Positions 7,429 through 15,828 of a stretch of DNA of 36,219 nt are shown piece after piece. Position 1 is the first letter of the stretch; each line of letters starts with the position of its first letter. The DNA comes from a virus. Taxonomy: Duplodnaviria; Heunggongvirae; Uroviricota; Caudoviricetes. Under the pieces are notes generated by a model. It searched no databases, had not been told where the DNA came from, and saw nothing but the letters and a program-made list of their open reading frames with translations. The position numbers and the translations under genes were made by a program. The stretch lies in IMG/VR virus record IMGVR_UViG_2571042636_000009; one strand, given 5' to 3'.

Positions 7429-8499
7429 ATGGCTAACGCCTGGCTCAGATTATGGCATGACATGCCAAATGACCCTAAGTGGCGAACAATTGCCAGGGTG
7501 TCAGGGCAGCCAATTGCAACAGTGATGGCAGTGTATATCCACCTCCTGGTGAGCGCGTCACGAAATGTCACGCGAGGTCACATTGATGTCACGACAGAAG
7601 ATTTGGCAAGTGCGCTCGACGTGACAGAAGAGGTAATTGATTCAATTTTGCAGACGATGCAGGGGCGGGTACTTGATGGTGATTTAATCACTGGATGGGA
7701 AAAACGCCAGGTGCTTAAAGAGGACAACGGCAATATTTCGCAAACCGCAAAATCTCCTGCAGAGCGCAAGAGGGCGCAGCGAGAGAGGGAAAGAAAGCGG
7801 GAACAAAATGGCGATTGTCACGGCGCGTCACGAAATGTCACGCACATGTCACGACGAGTCACGACAGATAAAGATACAGATAAAGATACAGATCAAGAAG
7901 ATCAAAACACTATGGTCCATGGCGTAAAAAACGCCACGAACCAGGCAGGGGATGTTCAGACCGTCAATCTTGGTCAGCCAGCAGGCACGACACCGGAAGC
8001 CGATTCAGCGTATGCGCTGAAAGCCGATTCGGGCGCTGTGCAGCAGGTGATGACCGCAAGGCCGGAGCAATCACACCAACTGCAGCAGCCCGAAGCCGAT
8101 TCCGCCATTCAGCGGGAAGCCGATCGGGTAGTCCCGGAAAACACCGGGCAGTCTGTGGGACGAGTGGATTATCCGGATGTGTTCGAACAGGTCTGGCGGG
8201 AGTACCCGTTGCGTGCTGGGGCAAACCCGAAGAAATCCGCTTTCAGTGCCTGGAAGGCCAGATTACGCGAGGGGGTGCCACCAGAGGCCATGCTGGATGG
8301 CGTGAGGCGTTACGCAAGATACTTGGCGGCTACCGGGAAAACGGGAACGGAATTTGTTCAGCGAGCGACGACGTTTTTTGGACCGGACCGGAATTTTGAG
8401 AACCCCTGGTTGCTCCCGGTAAGCGGCACGAACAACCAGCGTTGTGTGAATCATATTTCTGAACCGGATAACGAAATTCCGCCGGGCTTCAGGGGGTAA
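7429..8499 (+). CDS. Phage replication initiator / replisome organiser (O-like)
   Basis: 356-aa ORF after the cro/cII-like genes; N-terminal domain, charged low-complexity linker (ERKRAQRERERKRE, TDKDTDKDTD) and C-terminal domain. Contains iteron-like GTCACG repeats with about 10.5-bp phasing in the linker region, as in lambdoid ori inside O. Confidence 0.7.
   Translation: MANAWLRLWHDMPNDPKWRTIARVSGQPIATVMAVYIHLLVSASRNVTRGHIDVTTEDLASALDVTEEVIDSILQTMQGRVLDGDLITGWEKRQVLKEDNGNISQTAKSPAERKRAQRERERKREQNGDCHGASRNVTHMSRRVTTDKDTDKDTDQEDQNTMVHGVKNATNQAGDVQTVNLGQPAGTTPEADSAYALKADSGAVQQVMTARPEQSHQLQQPEADSAIQREADRVVPENTGQSVGRVDYPDVFEQVWREYPLRAGANPKKSAFSAWKARLREGVPPEAMLDGVRRYARYLAATGKTGTEFVQRATTFFGPDRNFENPWLLPVSGTNNQRCVNHISEPDNEIPPGFRG
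7553..7573. repeat. 21-bp direct repeat GCGCGTCACGAAATGTCACGC, copy 1 (iteron-like)
   Basis: Exact 21-bp match to 7824-7844; embedded in a run of GTCACG motifs at 7556, 7567, 7577 and 7588. Confidence 0.7.
7816..7900. repeat. Candidate replication origin: five GTCACG iterons with 10-11 bp spacing followed by AGATAAAGATAC tandem repeats
   Basis: GTCACG at 7817, 7827, 7838, 7849 and 7859, then a tandem 12-mer AGATAAAGATAC x2.5 (A-rich); inside the interdomain linker of the initiator gene. Confidence 0.55.
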
Positions 8500-8539
8500 G
8501 TGTTAATTTCTGGTCATGAGGTAATTTTCAGGAGGGCTT

Positions 8540-8962
8540 GTGGCAAAAGTTTTTACACAAGAAGAGCGGGAAAAAATTAAAGGACAGGTTGTTGAACTCG
8601 TACGCCAGAGTGGGCGTGAGACGTTACGGCAACTGGAAGTCAAGACAGGTGCGACAAGATATCTGATGAGCGTTCTCGCAAGAGAGCTGGTTGCCAGCGG
8701 CGATGTATGCAACTCTGGTTACGGGTTATTCCCGTCTGAACAGGCGCGTAAGGACTGGCAAAATGCCCGTAAAAAGCTCTCAAGGGCAAAGCTGAAGAAA
8801 CCATCTGCGGTTGATCCGGACCTTATCTGGTCATTACCTGACGGAGAAATACGTCGCTACGACAGGCGTCAGAACATAATCTGTCGCGAGTGCCGGAAGA
8901 GTGAAGTTATGCAGCGCATATTGTCGTTTTATCAGGGTGATGTTCGGTATTTATTGAAGTGA
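8540..8962 (+). CDS. Hypothetical protein (140 aa) in the helicase-loader position
   Basis: Clean ORF with backbone-like GC content directly after the initiator gene; no family recognised (basic, CRECRK motif). Confidence 0.5.
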   Translation: MAKVFTQEEREKIKGQVVELVRQSGRETLRQLEVKTGATRYLMSVLARELVASGDVCNSGYGLFPSEQARKDWQNARKKLSRAKLKKPSAVDPDLIWSLPDGEIRRYDRRQNIICRECRKSEVMQRILSFYQGDVRYLLK

Positions 8963-9093
8963 CGAGATTAAAGTGCATTAGTTCAGATGCAAATTGACAT
9001 TTTGTGGCACAGGGTAGAGCTAGCGTGGTTGTCCGCTTTGTGCCAATAGCGGACATTGCTGGCTCATGGTATGTTAGTTTAAGGAGGCAGGTT

Positions 9094-10116
9094 ATGCCCT
9101 GTATTTCGCTGTGGTATAATAGTTGCGCAATTGATACAAGGGAGCGTTACATCGTGAAAATTGTTTTCGAGGTTAATGGAAAGAAAGTTCCACTAAAATC
9201 TTTAAAATACATAAGCAAAAAAGATCAACTCGAAGTAATGAAAAACTGGTTCTTTGAAAACTTTGAAGATCCGGCAAATGCTTGTCCGTATGAAAGTAGA
9301 GAAGGTGGCTATGCTTACATATATGGCGGGCCGTATGATGCGAGCGAAGAACTACAATCCATCTTCGGTCAATATGTTAAATCTGAGTATATTGAGGAAT
9401 TAGTAGATGAATTACAAACACAATGTTTTGACTGGTCTGGAAACTCAAATAATATAGATGATTGGTACGATGATGATATCTACGACGCTGTAACGTCTTC
9501 CGGTAATCCGTATTTAAAATTCATTGATAATATCGATAAAATAAAAAAACTTGCAAAAGATAAAACTGAACAACAGCAAAAAAACCACTTGCTTAGTTTG
9601 CTCTACACGAATGTTATTACAGCTTTGGAAACGCTTTATGTTGAGCTATTCATTAATTCTATAGAGAAAGATGATGTCTACATAGCCAATTGTATAGAAA
9701 AAGGTAAGACTGAATTTAAAGTAAGCAAAGATATTGCTGCGTTGCCTTTCAAGGGTGAACCCATCGAGAAAATTAGGGGAGAGCTAATCAGGTCAATCAA
9801 GGAACACTTGATCAGTGCAAGCTGGCATAGCACTAAAAAGGTAATCGACCGCTATGAAGCTACATTCGATATAAAAGTACAAAAAGACTGTCCGATAGAA
9901 GCTATTGAATTGGCAACCCTCAATCGAAATCACTTAGTGCATCGTGGTGGAAAGGATAAAGAAGGGAACCTCGTAGTGATTACAGACCAGGATCTTGAAA
10001 CGCTGATTGAAAATGCATCGAACCTGGCAATTATGCTCTACAACAGTTTAAATGTAGCAACGAATAAAACCACCATTTTGCAACCAGATGACAAACCGTT
10101 CATTCATGAATTTTAA
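9094..10116 (+). CDS. Candidate defense/toxin-module protein A with a C-terminal HEPN-like Rx4H motif (predicted RNase-type domain)
   Basis: 340-aa ORF (AAGGAGG 6 nt before the ATG at 9094; alternative GTG start at 9154 giving 320 aa). Strongly AT-rich compared with the flanks. Motif RNHLVH near the C-terminus matches the HEPN Rx4-6H signature. No named family recognised. Confidence 0.6.
   Translation: MPCISLWYNSCAIDTRERYIVKIVFEVNGKKVPLKSLKYISKKDQLEVMKNWFFENFEDPANACPYESREGGYAYIYGGPYDASEELQSIFGQYVKSEYIEELVDELQTQCFDWSGNSNNIDDWYDDDIYDAVTSSGNPYLKFIDNIDKIKKLAKDKTEQQQKNHLLSLLYTNVITALETLYVELFINSIEKDDVYIANCIEKGKTEFKVSKDIAALPFKGEPIEKIRGELIRSIKEHLISASWHSTKKVIDRYEATFDIKVQKDCPIEAIELATLNRNHLVHRGGKDKEGNLVVITDQDLETLIENASNLAIMLYNSLNVATNKTTILQPDDKPFIHEF
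9112..9120 (+). promoter_or_regulatory. Candidate extended -10 promoter element (TGgTATAAT) at the 5-prime edge of the AT-rich insert
   Basis: TGGTATAAT is a perfect extended -10; its position would fit the GTG start at 9154. It conflicts with the ATG start at 9094, so either the element or the longer start is wrong. Confidence 0.35.
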
Positions 10117-10131
10117 TAGCGCAGGTCATAC

Positions 10132-11133
10132 ATGGATATTCGCACACGAAAGACAAAATTTTTAGAGTCGTTAGATTCAACTGAAGTGATACGCAAAGCA
10201 GTAAGTCTCGCTATAGATTGCATTATTGATAATCATAATAGTAATGAAGATACCCCCTTAGTTATTACCAGCTATGATGATCTCTGTAGAATCCAGGTGC
10301 TAAATTATGTACAGGAGTTTTGCGAAGCTGCATTCCCTGATATGGATGAATATTACTTTAGTCCTAACATACTTCGCATCAACGGCAAGACTAGTGAAGA
10401 AGCTTGTATTAACTTAATTAAACTCTTAAGAAGTACAAAAGGCATGCTATTCTGGTCCGATGCCCCATCGTGGTTCGCTAGTCTCCCCGACGGATTATTC
10501 CATGTTGTTAACATTGATCAAAAAATCGTTACTCGCGGCCTTAATAAGAAAAACTCTAAGCCGACAATAATCAATAAAGATTACAGTGTAGATACACTAC
10601 TATCAGAGCTATTTTTGAATGGCGCACACATGGAGCAACCCAACGTACACAACGTTTCTGAGGGAAACATGAAGTTCTATGATGAATGCCATGCTGGATT
10701 AATCAGACCAATACCCGCTCCAATAGGCGCGTCATACGATGAAGAGATCACAATTAATTCTCCAGATTGGCAAAAGCTCGCGTGTGTAGCTTTACGCCGC
10801 TATCAGTCGAAGGAATGTCATGACGGAATGCAATGGGATACAACCGATCATGGTTGGACTGATGTAATCGCGTATCCATTCGTCGAAGAAATACAATCAA
10901 TGGATAATAGTGGTTATCGACAATGTTTAGTTGGGCTGGTCACAATAAACAATTCAAATGCAAATTCTCCGTACCTATCTACCGTTTGGATACATCCATT
11001 TTATCGCAGGAGAGGGTTATTAAGTAAGTTATGGCCAAAATTACAAGAGTTATATGGAAGTAACTTCGAAATTGAGCGACCTAATGAAAATATGAAAGCA
11101 TTTCTGAAAAGTGCGAAACACGCAGATTACTAA
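10132..11133 (+). CDS. Candidate defense/toxin-module protein B with a C-terminal GNAT-like acetyltransferase motif
   Basis: 333-aa ORF starting 15 nt after the stop of protein A (operon), AT-rich. The C-terminal segment LVGLVTINN...STVWIHPFYRRRGLLSKLW resembles a GNAT beta4-alpha3 motif; the N-terminal roughly 190 aa is unrecognised. Confidence 0.55.
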   Translation: MDIRTRKTKFLESLDSTEVIRKAVSLAIDCIIDNHNSNEDTPLVITSYDDLCRIQVLNYVQEFCEAAFPDMDEYYFSPNILRINGKTSEEACINLIKLLRSTKGMLFWSDAPSWFASLPDGLFHVVNIDQKIVTRGLNKKNSKPTIINKDYSVDTLLSELFLNGAHMEQPNVHNVSEGNMKFYDECHAGLIRPIPAPIGASYDEEITINSPDWQKLACVALRRYQSKECHDGMQWDTTDHGWTDVIAYPFVEEIQSMDNSGYRQCLVGLVTINNSNANSPYLSTVWIHPFYRRRGLLSKLWPKLQELYGSNFEIERPNENMKAFLKSAKHADY

Positions 11134-11244
11134 TTTATGAATCAGTCTGTGGAGTTAGGGTTGGTGTCAACAAGTAGGGTAAGAGCCTCAACGTGATGCT
11201 ATGCCGACCTGCTCCCTGAGAATTCACACAGAAGGCTGCTAGCA

Positions 11245-11535
11245 ATGTCTACAGATCGCTCAAAGCGGACTAGAAGGTTAGCTTGCGTCGGACTTGGCGT
11301 ATTTAAAGAAGTGCTGGTGGTGACTGGTTGTTGTGTTCCATTTCTACAGAACAAAATCACAGAAACTATACCCAATAGTTATATTGAATCAATGATGAGA
11401 CAGCCTCATATTTATCAGGACTGGTGTACGTCCAATACAGGAGGTTGTCGTGCTGGTTCTCAAATGTGCGCTAGCTATTGCGGCTGTAATGGCAATTTAT
11501 TGTCTTGCTGTTGTTCTTACGGATCGCCTTTCTGA
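11245..11535 (+). CDS. Hypothetical cysteine-rich small protein (96 aa)
   Basis: ORF with an AGAAGG RBS-like element about 8 nt upstream; the C-terminal 35 aa hold 10 Cys (GGCRAGSQMCASYCGCNGNLLSCCCSYGS). It could be spurious. Confidence 0.3.
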   Translation: MSTDRSKRTRRLACVGLGVFKEVLVVTGCCVPFLQNKITETIPNSYIESMMRQPHIYQDWCTSNTGGCRAGSQMCASYCGCNGNLLSCCCSYGSPF

Positions 11536-11750
11536 TTGATTTTATATTGGCGAGGTGACGTGAGTTAAGTAGAATTGCTGCGGGTGCTTGAGGCTATCTG
11601 CCTCAGGCATGAACACCAAAGGCAGATAGAGAAAAGCCCCAGTTAACATTACGCGTCCTGCAAGACGCTTAACATTAATCTGAGGCCAATTTCATGCTAG
11701 ACACATGTAGGTTAGCCTCTTACGTGCCGAAAGGCAAGGAGAAGCAGGCT

Positions 11751-11906
11751 ATGAAGCAGCAAAAGGCGATGTTAATCGCCCTGATCGTCATCTGTTTAAC
11801 CGTCATAGTGACGGCACTGGTAACGAGGAAAGACCTCTGCGAGGTACGAATCCGAACCGGCCAGACGGAGGTCGCTGTCTTCACAGCTTACGAACCTGAG
11901 GAGTAA
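11751..11906 (+). CDS. hokD: Hok-family membrane toxin HokD (RelF), 51 aa
   Basis: Translation MKQQKAMLIALIVICLTVIVTALVTRKDLCEVRIRTGQTEVAVFTAYEPEE recognised as HokD/RelF; the in-frame upstream extension from 11694 is read as a mok-like leader. Confidence 0.9.
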   Translation: MKQQKAMLIALIVICLTVIVTALVTRKDLCEVRIRTGQTEVAVFTAYEPEE

Positions 11907-11975
11907 GAGACCAGGCGAGGGAGAAATCCCTCGCCACCTCTGATGTGTCAGGCATCCTCAATGCACCCGCACTTA

Positions 11976-11998
11976 ACCCGCTTCGGCGGGTTTATTTT
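11976..11998 (+). terminator. Rho-independent terminator after hokD
   Basis: Hairpin CCCGC-TTCG-GCGGG followed by a T-run (TTTATTTTAT). Confidence 0.6.
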
Positions 11999-12364
11999 AT
12001 CTGTAAATATTTTTATAAAAATAATGCCCACACACAGCATAAAACAAAAAGTATCACAGATAAAAAAGGAGCGTAATGTGCAGATTTGTTGTTTTCCATA
12101 TTTACTCACTTTAACATAATCAAAATTGATATGGTTGTTGTTTTGGTGGTTTCAAACGAGATGTTATGGTGATCTGGTAAAATTGCATAACATTAAAATT
12201 TAATTTATCTAATCGCTTTTAATAATAAGCGTTGTGTTTATCCCAACAATCTGTTGTTTGACTTTTATTCCATTAATGTAGGGGCTTTACACTGGAACCA
12301 GTTTATTTATACTTTATACGCCAGCCTGAACAACTGGCACCTGCTGCGCCAGCAGAGACAACCG

Positions 12365-12643
12365 ATGGCGCACGATACCAAATTACACAATTCTGATGAT
12401 TCTGCCGTCTTTGCCAGCAGGTGCGGACGGCGTTTTCATGTATTCAAATCGGACTGGTTCCAGCATCCACCATGCACTGAAGAGCAGGCTGAATGGATAA
12501 TTCAGTGTTACCGCAGGCGCGGATACGAGGTTAAAAAAGCCCTTAGCCTCGACTACCGTCACTGGATAATCTCAGTCAGATTGCCTTACTCCGAACGCCC
12601 ACCGCGTCCGTCCCACACATTCCAGCAACGCATCTGGAGGTAA
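12365..12643 (+). CDS. rem: Rem-like small protein (position of rem in Qin)
   Basis: 92-aa ORF from an internal ATG (MAHDTKLHNSDDSAVF...), directly upstream of and overlapping the ydfU start; identity from recalled gene order hokD-rem-ydfU. Confidence 0.5.
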   Translation: MAHDTKLHNSDDSAVFASRCGRRFHVFKSDWFQHPPCTEEQAEWIIQCYRRRGYEVKKALSLDYRHWIISVRLPYSERPPRPSHTFQQRIWR

Positions 12644-12644
12644 C

Positions 12645-13694
12645 GTGCGGGTATTACTTCGACCTGTTCTGGTACCGGAACTCGGGCTGGTGATCGTTAA
12701 GCCGGGCCGTGAATCCATGCCGGTATTCCACAATACCCGGTTACTGGTGGAGCCGGAACCGAAAAGCATGCGTAATCTGCCGTCCGGGGTCGTTCCTGCC
12801 GCTCGCCAGCCGCTGGTGGAAGACAAAACATTGCTGCCGTTTTTCAGTAACGCACGGGTGATTCGTGCTGCTGGTGGTGCTGGTGCATTGTCTGACTGGC
12901 TGTTGCGCCATATTAAATCCTGCCAGTGGCCACACGGCGATTATCATCACAGCGAAACCGTCATTCACCGTTATGGTACCGGCGCAATGGTGTTGTGCTG
13001 GCACTGCGACAACCAGCTGCGTGACCAGACATCCGAATCACTCGAGCAACTTGCTCATCAAAACCTGTCAGCATGGATGATTGACGTCATCGGTCACGCA
13101 ATAAGCGGTACGCAGGAGCGTGAATTATCTCTGGCTGAATTATCCTGGTGGGCGGTCCGCAATCAGGTGGCGGACGCGCTACCGGAAGCGGTATTACGTC
13201 GCTCGCTGGGATTACCAGCGGAAAAAAACTGCTCGGTGTACCGCGAAAGCGACATCGTACCGGGAGAGCAGACCGCCACCAGCATATTGAAACAGCGCAC
13301 AAAAAATCTTGCACCGTTGCCTCACGCCCACCAGCAACAAAACCCATCACAGGAAAAAACGGTGGTAAGCATCACCGTTGATCCTGAGTCTCCGGAATCT
13401 TTCATGAAGCTGCCTAAACGTCACCGTTGGGTTAAGGAGAAATACACACGCTGGGTTAAGACACAGCCGTGTGCTTGCTGCGGTATGCCAGCCGACGATC
13501 CGCATCATCTGATTGGTCACGGGCAGGGCGGAATGGGAACCAAAGCACATGATCTCTTTGTGTTGCCTTTGTGCAGAAAGCATCACGACGAGTTGCATAC
13601 GGATACCGTGGCATTTGAAGAGAAGTATGGCTCCCAACTGGAGCTGATTTTTCGATTTATCGATCGCGCGCTGGCAATTGGTGTGCTGGCCTAA
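12645..13694 (+). CDS. ydfU: YdfU (DUF968 family) prophage protein
   Basis: 349-aa ORF, same length as K-12 YdfU, with C-terminal Cys/His-rich motifs ([23 protein letters not shown]); lies between rem and the Q antiterminator. Confidence 0.7.
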   Translation: MRVLLRPVLVPELGLVIVKPGRESMPVFHNTRLLVEPEPKSMRNLPSGVVPAARQPLVEDKTLLPFFSNARVIRAAGGAGALSDWLLRHIKSCQWPHGDYHHSETVIHRYGTGAMVLCWHCDNQLRDQTSESLEQLAHQNLSAWMIDVIGHAISGTQERELSLAELSWWAVRNQVADALPEAVLRRSLGLPAEKNCSVYRESDIVPGEQTATSILKQRTKNLAPLPHAHQQQNPSQEKTVVSITVDPESPESFMKLPKRHRWVKEKYTRWVKTQPCACCGMPADDPHHLIGHGQGGMGTKAHDLFVLPLCRKHHDELHTDTVAFEEKYGSQLELIFRFIDRALAIGVLA

Positions 13695-13711
13695 TTTTGT
13701 GGAGTAAGTTG

Positions 13712-14089
13712 ATGCGTGATATTCAGATGGTTCTTGAGCGTTGGGGGGCATGGGCGGCTAATAATCATGAAGATGTGACCTGGTCGTCCATTGCCGCCGG
13801 TTTTAAGGGATTAATTCCTTCAAAAGTAAGATCTCGTCCGCAATGCTGTGACGATGACGCGATGATCATTTGTGAATGTATGGCTCGCCTGAAAAAAAAC
13901 AACAGCGATTTACATGATTTATTGGTGGACTATTATGTCGGCGGCATGACTTTTATGGCGCTTGCACGTAAGCATGGGCGATCTGATTGTTGGGTTGGCA
14001 GGATGCTCCAGAAAGCTGAGGGCGTAGTGGAGGGCATGCTGATGGTGTTGGATCTCCGATTGGAGATGGATGCTGATTGTTCGAAATAA
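13712..14089 (+). CDS. quuQ: Late-gene antiterminator Q (phage 82 / QuuQ type)
   Basis: 125-aa [21 protein letters not shown]..., with GGAGTAAG RBS; recognised as QuuQ-like; located just upstream of the late/lysis region. Confidence 0.8.
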   Translation: MRDIQMVLERWGAWAANNHEDVTWSSIAAGFKGLIPSKVRSRPQCCDDDAMIICECMARLKKNNSDLHDLLVDYYVGGMTFMALARKHGRSDCWVGRMLQKAEGVVEGMLMVLDLRLEMDADCSK

Positions 14090-14188
14090 TTAAAGGAAAA
14101 GTTGCTGTCTGATTTTCATTAGTCTAACATTTTAAATGTTGGAATCGCAACGTAGTTATTATCATATAACAGCTTGTTTCCTGATTTA

Positions 14189-14217
14189 GCCAGCCTCCCC
14201 AAAGGCTGGTTTTTTTC
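14189..14217 (+). terminator. Rho-independent terminator downstream of Q (candidate tR-prime-like late terminator)
   Basis: Hairpin GCCAGCC-TCCCCAAA-GGCTGG followed by TTTTTTT; about 100 bp after the Q stop, where lambdoid phages carry PR-prime, qut and tR-prime. Confidence 0.55.
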
Positions 14218-14481
14218 TAATAAGTATCATTTCGGGTGGGGATTTTATTGTTTAACCCATAATAGTTCATTGACATTGAATCCCAACTTTTGAGCGGTAC
14301 GCACATAGTCTGCTTTTACATTATCTGGAATAGTTTGGGTCCTTGCCAGAATCCATAGGTATTCTCTGTTCGGACCACTGACAAGAGCATACTTATACTC
14401 ATCATCCAGCTTGATTACATTATAGCCACCATAGAAGGGGCCAAAAAACGAAACTTTCAACGCTGCAGTTTTAGTATCTCC

Positions 14482-14490
14482 AGTAAAGTA
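14482..14490. repeat. 9-bp target-site duplication AGTAAAGTA (left copy) flanking IS10
   Basis: Identical 9-mer immediately outside both IS10 termini (14482-14490 and 15820-15828). Confidence 0.9.
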
Positions 14491-14536
14491 CTGATGAATC
14501 CCCTAATGATTTTTATCAAAATCATTAAGTTAAGGT

Positions 14537-14605
14537 AGATACACATCTTGTCATATGATCAAATGGTTTCGCCAAAAATCAATAATCAGACAACAAAATG
14601 TGCGA
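14537..14605 (-). ncRNA. IS10 RNA-OUT antisense RNA (approximate coordinates)
   Basis: Placed from known IS10 organisation (RNA-OUT is antisense to the transposase translation start near the outside end); not independently verifiable here. A GATC Dam site at 14558-14561 lies in the pIN region. Confidence 0.4.
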
Positions 14606-15806
14606 ACTCGATATTTTACACGACTCTCTTTACCAATTCTGCCCCGAATTACACTTAAAACGACTCAACAGCTTAACGTTGGCTTGCCACGCCTTACTTG
14701 ACTGTAAAACTCTCACTCTTACCGAACTTGGCCGTAACCTGCCAACCAAAGCGAGAACAAAACATAACATCAAACGAATCGACCGATTGTTAGGTAATCG
14801 TCACCTCCACAAAGAGCGACTCGCTGTATACCGTTGGCATGCTAGCTTTATCTGTTCGGGCAATACGATGCCCATTGTACTTGTTGACTGGTCTGATATC
14901 CGTGAGCAAAAACGGCTTATGGTATTGCGAGCTTCAGTCGCACTACACGGTCGTTCTGTTACTCTTTATGAGAAAGCGTTCCCGCTTTCAGAGCAATGTT
15001 CAAAGAAAGCTCATGACCAATTTCTAGCCGACCTTGCGAGCATTCTACCGAGTAACACCACACCGCTCATTGTCAGTGATGCTGGCTTTAAAGTGCCATG
15101 GTATAAATCCGTTGAGAAGCTGGGTTGGTACTGGTTAAGTCGAGTAAGAGGAAAAGTACAATATGCAGACCTAGGAGCGGAAAACTGGAAACCTATCAGC
15201 AACTTACATGATATGTCATCTAGTCACTCAAAGACTTTAGGCTATAAGAGGCTGACTAAAAGCAATCCAATCTCATGCCAAATTCTATTGTATAAATCTC
15301 GCTCTAAAGGCCGAAAAAATCAGCGCTCGACACGGACTCATTGTCACCACCCGTCACCTAAAATCTACTCAGCGTCGGCAAAGGAGCCATGGATTCTAGC
15401 AACTAACTTACCTGTTGAAATTCGAACACCCAAACAACTTGTTAATATCTATTCGAAGCGAATGCAGATTGAAGAAACCTTCCGAGACTTGAAAAGTCCT
15501 GCCTACGGACTAGGCCTACGCCATAGCCGAACGAGCAGCTCAGAGCGTTTTGATATCATGCTGCTAATCGCCCTGATGCTTCAACTAACATGTTGGCTTG
15601 CGGGCGTTCATGCTCAGAAACAAGGTTGGGACAAGCACTTCCAGGCTAACACAGTCAGAAATCGAAACGTACTCTCAACAGTTCGCTTAGGCATGGAAGT
15701 TTTGCGGCATTCTGGCTACACAATAACAAGGGAAGACTCACTCGTGGCTGCAACCCTGCTTACTCAAAATCTATTCACACATGGTTACGTTTTGGGGAAA
15801 TTATGA
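14598..15806 (+). CDS. IS10 transposase
   Basis: 402-aa ORF MCELDILHDSLYQFCPELHLKRLNSL..., recognised as IS10 transposase; starts at IS position 108. Confidence 0.95.
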   Translation: MCELDILHDSLYQFCPELHLKRLNSLTLACHALLDCKTLTLTELGRNLPTKARTKHNIKRIDRLLGNRHLHKERLAVYRWHASFICSGNTMPIVLVDWSDIREQKRLMVLRASVALHGRSVTLYEKAFPLSEQCSKKAHDQFLADLASILPSNTTPLIVSDAGFKVPWYKSVEKLGWYWLSRVRGKVQYADLGAENWKPISNLHDMSSSHSKTLGYKRLTKSNPISCQILLYKSRSKGRKNQRSTRTHCHHPSPKIYSASAKEPWILATNLPVEIRTPKQLVNIYSKRMQIEETFRDLKSPAYGLGLRHSRTSSSERFDIMLLIALMLQLTCWLAGVHAQKQGWDKHFQANTVRNRNVLSTVRLGMEVLRHSGYTITREDSLVAATLLTQNLFTHGYVLGKL

Positions 15807-15819
15807 GGGGATCTCTCAG

Positions 15820-15828
15820 AGTAAAGTA
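15820..15828. repeat. 9-bp target-site duplication AGTAAAGTA (right copy) flanking IS10
   Basis: Identical to 14482-14490. Confidence 0.9.

Larger units (their letters stand above)
14491..15819 (+). mobile_element. IS10 insertion sequence (IS4 family), 1329 bp, complete
   Basis: Termini CTGATGAATCCCCTAATGATTTT... and ...GGAAATTATGAGGGGATCTCTCAG match IS10 outside and inside ends as I recall them; length 1329 bp; encodes the 402-aa IS10 transposase; flanked by a 9-bp direct repeat. Confidence 0.95.

Noticed and set aside
7553-7900. Possible CRISPR-like array (short direct repeats)
   Set aside because: The repeats are 6-21 bp with about 10-bp phasing inside a coding sequence, not 25-40-bp repeats with unique spacers, and there are no cas genes; read as iterons instead.
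11694-11750. In-frame upstream extension of hokD (70-aa track ORF)
   Set aside because: Hok toxins are about 50 aa and the recognisable sequence begins at the ATG at 11751; the extension is more plausibly the mok-like leader region.
12254-12364. TTG-initiated extension of the rem-like ORF
   Set aside because: Non-ATG start without an RBS, in a very AT-rich intergenic region; the internal ATG at 12365 gives the expected small protein.
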